This document shows positions 10,605 to 22,279 of a DNA stretch of 64,000 nt, piece after piece. Within the stretch, counting starts at the first letter, position 1, and each line of letters opens with the position of its first letter. The notes beneath the pieces were generated by a model. That model did not search any database. It was given only the letters and a program-made list of their open reading frames with translations, and had not been told where the DNA came from. Source of the stretch: Trichoplax adhaerens (taxonomy: Eukaryota; Animalia; Placozoa); the NCBI RefSeq assembly GCF_000150275.1, contig NW_002060950.1, forward strand, positions 3,028,596 to 3,092,595, written 5' to 3'. Both the position numbers and the translations under genes were made by a program.

Positions 10605-13600
10605 ATGGGTCAATTATTCTGCTTAGCATGTTTTCAAGCACCCAAACCTTCTACGTCTTACACCTATCAGACATACGTGAAGGAAAGGTGCCGCAAGGCA
10701 GCAGCTAAATCGAATACAAATGCTGACGATAAAGAGAATTCGAGAACAGCTGAAGGCTTACCGAGTAGCTCTAATAACTATGTCCAACAAGGATCAAGGA
10801 TTAACAATTTGAATAATGACCGTAATAATTATGGGAGCGTAGCAAATCACAGAGGAAATTCAACTGTAAATGAACCTCAAAGTAATTCAGCTGGCTTTAC
10901 ATCTGATAAGTTACCAACACAAAGTAAACAAGAAAATAAAGCACCTATTGGCATACTCAAAAATTGGAAGGATGGTCAATATTCGTCTGCTAGAGTTGAA
11001 ATTAATTCTAAAAGTCACCAAAATAATTCAGCAGGCCTCCCGGCTGGTAAGTTGCCAGTACAGAGTCAAGGAAATGATAAAGCAGCCAATAGCACACCAA
11101 ATGATGGGAATGATGATCGATATCAATTTTCTAGAGCTGATGCTAGATCTAAAATTCACGAAATTAATACGAGATTGTCTTCAAAACGGTCATTACTATC
11201 GTCGAAAACTTCTTTGGAAGAATTACTTGATAGCAATATCAAACCTTTGAAAGCCTCCACTACTCAAAGTAATGGAACGGCACAAGATTCAAACAGCAAA
11301 AATAAAGTTCCGTTGATTCATAACTCATCGTTCTCCTATACCGCAGCAGATCGTGAAAAAGGTCAAGATACCAACAAAAATAAAGCTGGTAAGTTAGGTG
11401 TACCTGTATCTGCACCCTCCATTAGCCGGAATTTATCGGGAAAAAGTAATGATAGCTATATCCAAAACTTGGGAACATCATCGACTGGTATTCGTGTACA
11501 CAACAGTGCAAAAGATCCAATAGCAAATGGAAGTGCAGTGAACAATTTAGCTGCTCCTACAGCAAAAACCCAAGTTAGACAGAATTTGCAACAGGATAGC
11601 AATAGCCAAGATCCAAAGCTGAATACAGTCAAAAATTCTAAAATCGTTGATCGTAAGTTAGTTAATACACCCTCCGTTATAATAGAAAAACATAAGGCAG
11701 CCAATAAGCAAAGCAATGTAACTAACCATTCTGTGTCAACGCCATCTCTTACAGGTGAATTAAATAGTAATGACAGAGTCAGTCAAGACGGAAATTCCAA
11801 GGCTTCTGCTCGATCGACAAAGCACAAGACAACATTATCATTTGAGCAAGAATTGTTACAGAAAATAAATAATGATATCATCGACGAAGGCAACGTGTGC
11901 CAAGATGGAAGCATCGAAAATTTCAATCCAACTGTTGCTAAAAATAGTGGAGCAATTAATAAAAATCACAAAGATCAATCTCTAACAAATGATACTGCTA
12001 CTAAAAATGTTAAAAGTGGAGAAACCCGTCATCATATGGTTGATACAACATCAAATATAGTGGTGGAAAAGTATGATGCAGGTAAGTCAGACAGTTACCA
12101 AAATGAGGATTATAAAGGCAAAGCAACATTAAAATTGGCGTCTTCTTCTTGTCATTTACTCTCTTAAGGTGTAAATAAAACAACAGAGGATACTACTAGA
12201 GGATCAATATTTACCATGACTCCTTCCTTAATGTTGCTCTTTCAGCAACTTGGCTCGCAACATCAATTGGTTCAAATTGCCAACAGGAAAGAAATACAAG
12301 ATCATCAGGAGCTTTTTGCAAATATCAAAGACAGTCAAGATGGCATATCGCCATCGCTGTCTACATTTCTTTGCCAGTACCCACAGCTTGTAAAGGACAT
12401 GAACACCAAATTTAGAAATCGAAAAATTAAAGCAGGTATCCATTATAATAAGAAGACAATCTCCATAGTAGCTATCAGCAAACAAGAATATGATAAAGCA
12501 GTGACGATTCTTAACACGGATATCCTTACCAACACTCATCAAATATCATATACCAAAGATTTGCTTTGGCACTGGATCGCAATATATGATGTATTAACAA
12601 AGAAATTAGCTTCTCATCTTGGCGTATTGATCCAATGTTGGATGAATACCAAAGAGAAAGTTGTGACTGTTGAAGTGGTTGGCAGCAGTAATACTTTGGA
12701 TAATGTGATTACGAAAGTCCAGCAATCTCTCAATGACTTTGAAGCAAAAATAGCTTTTACTCTTTATGATGATGAATTTTTCATCCAAGAATTGCCACAA
12801 GTAAAAGCTCAGTACTTGAAACAGCATTATAAAGAGGAAATAGAGGATCAGTATTGTTGCCAATTGCAGTTTCACTCGATAGAAGATTTGGATAGCGATT
12901 TGAAATATCAAGTGATCATTAAATATCCTCATGAGCGTATAACAACCGAGATTAGGCAAATTAAAGAGAAAATTTCTTCTATTCCTATTGCCATTAAAAA
13001 ATTTTCGTACGATGGTAGCCAATTATCCAGAATAGCGCGATTCATCATTCATGGTCGAAGACACAGGAAGATTAAGGAAATTATGGCGAATTTAAAATGT
13101 TCATTTACAATATCAGATGTTGCTGTTGAAAGGTAGCTATAGTAATAAAAGTTAAAAGAATTGGAAGTTACTAGGAGAATTTGAAATAGGTACTAGAAAG
13201 AGCTGCCAATTTTAATTCACTTAATTTCGTCTTCTACAGTAAAGTCAATGTGAAGAAGAAGCAAGAAAAAACATCGAATGAAAATTTAGCTGCTTCAAAG
13301 AATAGAAGAAGTAAAAGGCAAATATCGTCATCGGCAAGTACAGACTACGGTGACGACCAAATTTATGTCTTGGGATTGTGTATGAAACTTATAAGAGGAA
13401 GAATTGAAGAACAAGGTAGAAAGGTACGTATAATGATTTCAGCTTGTGACAGTGGTTGTGTGTTACAGTAAGCTAAAAGTATTACCAGAATGATCATAAA
13501 TCTCCGTAGCATTAAATTTTGCCTAATGCGATAAAGCCATTCAGAATTTTCTTCCATGGTCTCTTATTTAGACTGATGTTATTGTCAATGCTGTTGATGT

Positions 13601-16289
13601 GTGCGACTTCGAAGTAGGAGCAATCGCTAGAGCATTATATCAGGCTGGTGGACGAAATTATAGAAGAGAATGTGACAATCTGAGCCAGTATCTTGATGAA
13701 GATGAAATTGGCTGTACTGATGGATATCGTTTAAGATGTAAGAAAGTCTATCACGTTCCATTCTTAAGTTCGCCGCGAACATTAACGGTAAGTTAATCGG
13801 CAACTACTGAAAGCAGTTCAATAATTAATGGGATAAGGTTGCAATCAGCTGACACCGCTGTTTTTTCCCCTATACGTTCTGTTTTTGTAGTGGTTAAATG
13901 ACAAAATTTACGAATGTCTAGATAAAGCGAATCGTGAATCGATGAAAGCTATTTCTATACCGACCATTGGGACTGGCAGTACTGGATTTTCCTATGATAC
14001 TATTGCGAAAGAAATGATCGATGTAGCAATCGAATTTGCTAAGAACAGTGGTCGCAGAAATTTAAAAGTAGTGCGATTTGTTGTCTTTGAAAATGATGTA
14101 GAAGCGTATTATAGCTATAGTAAAATATTTAAGCGAATTAATAGCCATTCTGATGGAACATCAAGGCTATCTGACTTGACCAAATGCGATGGAGTAGGAC
14201 TGGTAGAACGCCTAACAAACGCTACAAAAACTGTTATAGATATGAAAGAAAATCCACTGGAAATTCTATTTTCTGCCGTATCTACAGATTCCTCTCGTTT
14301 TCGTCTCAATTTCTATCATGGTAGTATTTACGCTGCTGAAACATCAGCTATACTTAATCCAACAAAAGTCTGTTCAAGCCATTTACAGCAGGGAAAGCTA
14401 TCAGAGCGATTAGATCGGAATTGGTCTCGAATGCACTGGAGTTGGACTTTAAGTAGTAGCCAAGAAACGGTAGCTGGAAGTAGCAGGACTATTTATACTT
14501 GTTGTCCATACGATATGATAGACGATTTTCAATCTTTGCTCAATCATATCAATGGCAATGGCGAGAGTTCTCTTACATGTCCATTAGCAAGTACAGAAAT
14601 TAAGGAAGAAGATATCTGCAGTCTATTTACTGCTATAGCTAGTTTTCTCAAAGATCGGTCCAAGATCAACAGTCCACTTTCACGTCTTGATTTTATAACG
14701 GGGAATAACGAACTAGCTCATGAAATAGCTTGTTGGGCGCAAAGGCAAATTACGGTTAAACGTAGAGATGGCATTGCAAAATCGATTAATTGGCATATTA
14801 GTCAATCCTATTCTTACCATAGATATGGCAAGAGTATTGATATCATTGCTGGTAGTAACGATATTATAGATCAAGTTGAGAAAAATTTAGCAGATAGTGC
14901 ACCGTGTTGGATAAGCAAAGAAGTCCAGGAAGAAGATCTGATTGATAACTTCCAGGATATCCAATGCTTAAAACTAATTAATGAATTATGGTGTCAGTTT
15001 GGTACATTAACAGTTTGCAATCCCAATAGCAACAAAATGACAATTTACGGCTATGAAGATGATGTATTTCAAGCTACTAATAGGATTCAAAAGTTTGCTA
15101 GAGAGAGAGATTGTCAAGTTATGGTAAAAGAGTGGGCTAACGACTCCTTAGAAATTGCTAAATGGAGCGTTGAAGTCGAGCAAACTACTCACACTTTTTC
15201 TCCTGAAATGAACTATGAAATTGAAAAAGGCTACCAAATTTTTATTCAAAACAAATACGGGTCCACTCATAAATTTGACGATAAAATCATCAATTACGAC
15301 GACATGGCAATCCAAATGAACAATTTGTCATTTACAATAATGCGAAAATCGATTCATCACGGTAGGTTAAACGTTATTTTCAAGAAATTTTTCTTAAAAT
15401 CTTTGCCCTTGTTAAGACATACGGTACTTTACTTCCACTATATCCAGTGTCTTTCTTATATTATTCTCATCAGTCAGTGAGCAAGGTCAAGACAGTAGTA
15501 TGAAGAGATTTTAGTCTTGTTGATAATGAATTCGATGATTATCTAATTTATAGATGATTTGCCAAGTCATTGGACACGTATTGATAATGATGACGAGAAT
15601 ATGGATCAAAATCTTCTAGTGGATGTATGCTATGGTGAAGAGTTTAATGAAATCGATCGGATTGTAAATTCATCACATAGTTGTTTTCACCTTATGAGAT
15701 TGCAAAGAGTTCAGAATAAGAACCTTTATAAACGCTATCAGCTGTGCAAGAAAGAAGTGACTGAATCAGTACAAAAGCATCGTTCCAGGTTTCCAGTTGA
15801 GAGAAGATTATTTTATGGTACCGACCCTTCAAGTATAAATCGTATTTATAAAACGGGATTTGACAGAGACTTTGATGCATCTGCAGGTAGGATATTTATC
15901 ATTCACTCAACATGGAATGAGTGTAAGGGCAGGCATATTGTCTTAAGTTGTCTGTTTTATAAGTTCAATTTCTATTGATGGATATCCAATTCCTTGCCCA
16001 ACTTTATATTCTTAATCTATTCCTACTAGGGGCTGAATACGGAATTGGAACTTATCTTCATGAAAATATTCTTAGCGCCTATTCAAGTAAGAATACTTTG
16101 CTTCTAGTGAGGGCTATAACGGGTATATATGGATTACATTCAGGAAAAGGAAAGATAAATTTAGGAGTTATCCCTGGTAGTGAGGAAAGAATTCATTCCG
16201 CGGTTAATAATGTTCGTTATCCTAGTACTTTTGTTATCTTGAATGACAACGCTGCTTATCCAGAATATATTCTACATATTCGAGGCTAA
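10605..16289 (+). CDS. PARP14: G2: PARP14-like macro-PARP (~490 aa disordered N-terminus, KH-like array, 2 macrodomains, KH-like, WWE, ART with Y-Y-T site; probably catalytically impaired). Symbol is family-level.
   Basis: Exons 10605-12081, 12169-13132, 13240-13423, 13572-13787, 13891-15361, 15554-15886, 16030-16289 (1634 aa, frame-consistent). The TAA at 12165 falls inside an 87-nt intron (G|GTAAGT...TTAAG|GT). Macro TDVIVNAV...AISIPTIGTG; WWE KWSVEVEQTTHTFSPEMNYEIEKGY; ART RRLFYGT...GTYLH...PSTFVI...AYPEYIL. Confidence 0.87.
10884..11165 (+). repeat. Coding tandem repeat, 2 x 47 aa (141 nt) in the G2 N-terminus
   Basis: NSAGFTSDKLPTQSKQENKA... at 10884 and NSAGLPAGKLPVQSQGNDKA... at 11025. 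Confidence 0.8.
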
Positions 16290-16323
16290 ATTAGAAGCTT
16301 TACCAGACAGCGATGAAAAAATT

Positions 16324-16395
16324 CGTACTACTTTTATAATTATCCAGAAAATTTAAATGATAATGCTGCTTATCTAAAATGTGTTCTACATATAG
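16324..16395 (+). repeat. Degenerate duplicate of the G2 C-terminal ART coding sequence just after the stop codon
   Basis: ttaaatgataatgctgcttatctaaaatgtgttctacatata (16353) matches ttgaatgacaacgctgcttatccagaatatattctacatatt (16239). Confidence 0.75.
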
Positions 16396-17038
16396 AAACG
16401 AATTCTTTGGAGAGATTTGTTCCTTACTGATGCAAGCTAGAACAAGAACTGTTAAGAAATACTTGTAGTTAAACGACTAGTATAATAATCTTCTTCCTCA
16501 TTTTTAATATAGTGAAAGACCATTTTTCCTTTCCTACTTTATTTTGGTAGTCTCTAGCTATACAGCCATCACATTAGAATCTATTCTTACATTAAGAAAG
16601 GTTACAATGATGCATTTGCAGGGATCTCGATTTTTTTTGGGGGGGGGGGCAAAATAATCCAAATCAAGTATGTCTTTGCTCAAGCTTGGTTAACTAGAAT
16701 AGTATTAGCCCTTTATTTCTTAGTAATTATTTCGTTGGTATAGCTACGTACTGATTAAGGTGGCGGTAGACAAAGTAAGTTATATTGTTTCAAAGTGATA
16801 TAAAATTATTAAATCCATATATCATTATTACGGATTTATCTATGGATAAAAGTTAAAATTATTATATAAGTAAAGTTACTTGTGTTTGATTTTAAAATAT
16901 AAAAATGTGTAGCATCAATTAATTGAGAATTGTCTTGTATCGTAGCTATTTTGCTGTAGCGCAGCCCCAAATAGCTTAAAAAATTAGAGTTATATATTTC
17001 TACAAGAATAGATTGGATTGTACGCTAGATTGTCAAGT

Positions 17039-17600
17039 TTTATAAGCAGCCATTTTCAGACGCTGCATAAGTGCGTATATTATAGTTTTTTCGTGATGAT
17101 TTCATTTATGAGCATTTATATATGTATGAAAACGATTATATCTATTAAAGCGACGTATTTGCAAAGGGATTTCTTCATGACTGATTTAATATATCAATTT
17201 CCTAATTCTTAATCTTGATGGTATGCACAATGAAGTTAATATATTTATCCTAATCCTAGCCCTAAACCTAACCTTAACCCTAATAATTATAAACTTAACC
17301 TGTTTTATTTCTACGTTTGCGTCTATAAAGGCTCCAAGATAATATTGATTACATGATACTGAGTTTGGATATTATAACTATAGCGCGTGGTGATTTTAAC
17401 CTTATCAATTTGCTTCATAAATGGGCAGTTACTATTGATTCAACTAAAGGACGTTTAAAAAATATAGGAATATATTATTACACTAATTAGATAAAATTTC
17501 GATTGATTTGGGAAGAATTCATATGATATTGAATCTTTGCCTTCAAAAATTATTTTTGCAATAGGTTAAATCCAGCTAGATTGTAAAGTGTCATTGCTAG
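17039..17600 (+). repeat. Copy 1 of a diverged non-coding direct duplication
   Basis: Colinear shared blocks with 19214-19880: tttataagcagccattt, tttaatcttgatggta, ttataacta, cttatcaattt, ttcgattgatttgg, atccagct(a/g)gattgta. Confidence 0.75.
17249..17283 (+). repeat. Degenerate telomere-like (CCCTAA)n tract
   Basis: cctaatcctagccctaaacctaaccttaaccctaa, about 6 hexamer units. Confidence 0.55.
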
Positions 17601-18789
17601 ACCTCTTCCTCGAATCTACTAGAGCATCATTTCGAAATCATTAACGTTAGTTATAATTATTTATTCTTAAGTCAAGCTAATTCAAAATGCTCTTACAGCT
17701 GTAACGGCCAATCCCGGGAATCAGCCATTCCTAGGATTAGGCCGGATAGCATTGTAGATATTTAACATCTTATGCATAGCTCAGAGTATCGTATTTGAAG
17801 GAAGATATTTGTTATTATCATATACCCATATACTGGTTTAAGCAATCATTAATGAAGGCTTATATGAAAATACGAATTTTTTGAGATGCCATTAGATTAG
17901 TCACTGACATGATTTATTACTGCGATCTAAACATTTTAAATAGTCTCGCACTGGCCGTACTAATATTTCTTATCATAAGGTATTTTTACAAGCGACTTCA
18001 ATGGCAGACACCATCATTAGTATCTTCACAATAATAAAATAAACAAATAAACTACACCAAGAATTTAAGAAATATTTATCATCCTAGACAAAATTATACT
18101 TCATCATAAATAAATGTATTTATAATATAATCAACATTGCAAGATTAAAATTAGTATTATTAATGCTGATTGATCAAATGTAAACTGCAAGAAACATTAA
18201 AACATGAGACATATTAATTAATAATAATTATTAAATTAGCCTAGCTCATACCCCTGGTATAATCTAGGCAGAAGAGATTATATCCACCTAGGCCAGATTA
18301 GTCCGACTAAGATTGTACCCTATTCTACACGTGAATATTTAACAAATAATTGAAGATGTAAGTTTGAAATCGATCTAATCTAGCGCTAATGAATCAAGAG
18401 TAAACTATAAGAAAGATTAACGGTAGATATGATCAATATTTGCGTCTTTCTTTGATAAGCTCTAGAGAGTGCCTATACAAAGTACGATAGCCCTTACCCT
18501 AGCTAGTGAATCCGATTTACAGTCAGACCGATCAAGCAACATTCACAATCATGCAATAGGGAATTTGATTTAAACATAGACTATGACTTTGAAGTGGGAT
18601 AAAATATTCTCGAGATATGATTAAACTTGCTGCATCTATGATTTCAGCCTTTGTTTTCATCGTGAGCAACTAATTATGCAATGCAATAAGACCTAAAATA
18701 TATAGCTTTACTAGGTTACACTTTCTACATTTTTGGGCATTATTAGGCCTAGAATAAGTTGCATCCAGAAATTTAAATGAGCTAGGTGT

Positions 18790-18992
18790 AACCATAATGA
18801 CACTAATAAGTTAAAAATAGAAATATTAACATTATTAACTTTAGTAATAATGAATGACCATTTCATCTTCCAAGTAACCCGGTGGAATGAGTCTTGAATG
18901 GGCTCATTTTCTTATATTGCAATCTCTTCCCTGAAAGATGTTTACATTTTTCGAAATAACCTGGTAGACTGATTCCTGGAGGACCTCCTTCT
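18790..18992 (+). repeat. Dispersed copy of the repeat family found in G3 intron 2
   Basis: taacccggtggaatgagtcttg...ttttcttatattgcaatctcttc and taacctggtagactgattcct match units at 27480-27990. Confidence 0.7.
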
Positions 18993-19213
18993 AGTCTCAA
19001 ACATAGTTGAACCAAAACTTTATTGAAAAAGTGTTCAATTTATAGTAAATCAAAATAAAGATAATTTATCAGTTTATAGATAATTATGCAAGTATATATT
19101 AAATTTATGGCCATAGATAAATTAATATAAATACATTCTTAGATAATTTATCTTAAAGAACTATCTTATGATAGCTATACAAAAGCTATTGCGTAACGAC
19201 TAAATTGTAAGAA

Positions 19214-19880
19214 TTTATAAGCAGCCATTTCTAGATGATATGTACTGTACGATGCATATATGAAAGTATTTCGTGATCTGCAATTTACTTTTTGAGTACG
19301 TATATTATACTGTAGGTATTTTCATAAGTTAATATCGCGGGAATATGACGAATAACTTTACAGATCTGCTGGCTATATATAGAATTGAATGATTAACTTC
19401 ACCAGTTTCCCTAGCTATATATTTATTCTGTCTAGTCTACTTCAATGGATTCATTTCATTCACGAGTACTCATGAATCTACGAAAAGGTTTATATTTATC
19501 AAAACGATGTATTTTGCAAAATAATTTTCACTATACTTGATTTAATACATAAATTTTATAGCGTTTAATCTTGATGGTAAATATGCTATTTCATTTATTA
19601 TTTTTTCTGTATTTGTGTCAATAAAGCCTGAGATAATGATATCTACTGCATGCTGCTGGGATTATAACTAGTAACAGTATAGTAGTTGAGATCTTATCAA
19701 TTTTTTGTTCCAAATGGACTCTGACTACCTGCTTCAACTTTGCAGCGCTAAAATATCATATTGCACTTATTAGCTGAAATTCGATTGATTTGGAAATCGA
19801 TGTTTTGTATGATACTCAATCCTGCACTCGAAAGAAAATTTTGCCCTAGCTTTTATCCAGCTGGATTGTATGCTATTACT
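19214..19880 (+). repeat. Copy 2 of the diverged non-coding direct duplication
   Basis: See 17039-17600. Confidence 0.75.
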
Positions 19881-22279
19881 TGCTCTCTTTCACTCATCTG
19901 CTGCCACGTCACCAAATCAAATTTATCATGGCTATATACCATACTTCATTTGCTAACAATAAGAATCATTAAAATAATACTAATTAGAATAATAATAACC
20001 ATATAACAAAAGCATTAATATACGCTGCAGCTACAAATATTGACTTCCGTTCCATTTAAATTCATGAGCTAATATGGCAGCTATTCACCTAGTGAGAATA
20101 ATTTACTTTCGATAGGTATAACCGCGCTCAATTATCCTAAAAAAAAATTACGTCATTTATGCTTGGGATTGCTTTCTAGACAATATGATATTTTATAAAA
20201 CGGATCAACAATTTTCAATGTTTACGAAAGAATTTAGAGTGAATAGCAATCTTAAAAAAATACATAGATTAATATGGTGCAATTAGTACTTACGAGTATG
20301 TTTACAGCTTTAAAATTGAATGATGTAGATAGCTATTGGTTTAAACTAAGTTATAAGAGATAGGATTGCTTTCACTAACTGCGGTAAATGAGGACAGAAT
20401 AGAGTTATACCTACCTGTCCTTAAAAAATGCGTCACTGTGATTAAAAGTATGATATGATCGTTAATTCTGATATTAATATCGCTTGCTATAAATCTCTAT
20501 TAATCAAATTATATCAGTCCATGAGTTATTAATGCTACAAAATAGCTATAATACATTACATTGAAAGGTTGATTATCGTGACAAAAATTCCTTCCAGTCA
20601 TGTTTGAGATCCGCATCTTGTTTTTTCGATTGAATTTTGCTAACTCTTATATATAGCTTGATACAAGGTCAGTTTATACGGCCCATGGTGGATTGTAAAG
20701 CTGGCTTTTCAATTTCCATTATATTAACCCTAATTCAGTCGTAAAATTGATATAAAGCCATATGGCTTCCTTTAAACAGACAAAAATTGTTTTGTCAAAA
20801 TTAACAACTATCGGACTCGTATTAAATTAACTAAATGTGAATAAAGTTGACAAAACTTTAGTCACGGTATACGAAAAGTATCAGTAGAGATACAGAGAAG
20901 ATGAGCAGAGTAGGGCTATATGCTGAACAACTAAACTTCTTTTTATCTTTGATGATATCTAATATTCAACTATTTTAATCGCTGTTAAGAATCCACTTTC
21001 TAAAGTCTCCAGAGTACTATCGGTCCAATATCTTTCTTGATTAGCAACAACCCTTTCAAACCTTTGAGTCGATAAGACCGGCTAATTTTATACGCTTTCG
21101 TAATTACTACAATACAATGTCCATTAATATTCCTTTTTCCAGTTTAAACGTTTAAGATTAGAATCGATCATTCTAGATATAAGACATTCGGAACTTAGTA
21201 ACTTGTGAACAGTACTGAAACTGGATCGAAATTTGATTTCTCCTTAGTTTATGAAAAAAACTGGTTCCGGTATACTTATAAATTGAAGATAGGAAATTAG
21301 TCCTAGCAATGGTGTTAACCTGAATTTAGAATTGAGTAAAATGTATTGAGAATTTATAAGTCTTTGATAAATTTTATTGCAATATCATTGTCGCCAATGC
21401 CGAAATTACTTGGATAGAAAAGTTAAAATTGTATCAGAAGGCGACATCGACGATCCGTTAATAATTAGCAGTGAAAGAAAAGTAATAGAATTGTACTACC
21501 AAAATTTCTTAAGAAGAAAGTCAACTAACAGTCTTGGAATTACTCATAGAAATCTAAATAAGCGCAATTTTTACCTATCAAGTTGAAAATGAATAAATAT
21601 ATCAATATACAGCTATAGATATACTTATGCTTCTTCATTAAGTTGCTCTAGTTTAAATAGAATTATGAACAGTCTAGAAGTTACGGTAAACGCCGATATT
21701 AAAAATTAGCTGATAACACATATGTTTGCTTTGCTCTTCCACCTTTTAGTCTATTATCGGTACCACTTAATTTTAATACGCATAACGTGATGTAATATAC
21801 ATGAAAGCGCCAATGTTGACCTTCTAAAAATTGTTGTAGATTAGGGTTTAATTAAGAGAATGCTATTAAATATTTTATCTACTATTTTACAACGACAGAC
21901 TTCATAATTCGGCACAGCTCTAATCTTGCAACCGGATTCTATTTTTGTAATGTCAGTGTCACTACCTCTCAAGTTCTCCGTAAATAGAGATTAATTTAGA
22001 TATTTGCTAACTTTAGAAACTTTAGTAACTGTTCAGTTTAGAAGTTACTGATTTTAAAGAACTCATAAACTCCGACACGGAGGTAAAAATGACTTTATAA
22101 AATGCTGGCTTTACTTGCTTACTGAGAAATTAATAATTAGTGATATTGCCAAATAAATCAAGAAATATAGAACAGTCAGCAATCAGTTTATGTAATGATA
22201 ATAAAATAATATTGCTGACCTTGATTTATAACCAATCGGATTGAGATATTAAATCGATTATTATTTTTTATTTTTGCAG

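Noticed and set aside
12165-12167. In-frame TAA between ORFs 10605-12167 and 12216-13136, suggesting a pseudogene or readthrough
   Set aside because: It lies within an 87-nt canonical intron (12082-12168) whose removal keeps the frame.
11456-13022. Minus-strand ORFs over G2, and similar ones over G1, G4 and G5 (e.g. 45626-46299)
   Set aside because: Antisense shadows of + strand exons with no recognisable motifs.
16631-16650. T8-G11 tract resembling some metazoan MITE ends
   Set aside because: No matching opposite terminus or target-site duplication found.
18250-18322. Short inverted motifs (ggtataatct / agattatatcc / agattgtacc)
   Set aside because: Only ~10 bp and imperfect; too weak to call a transposon end.
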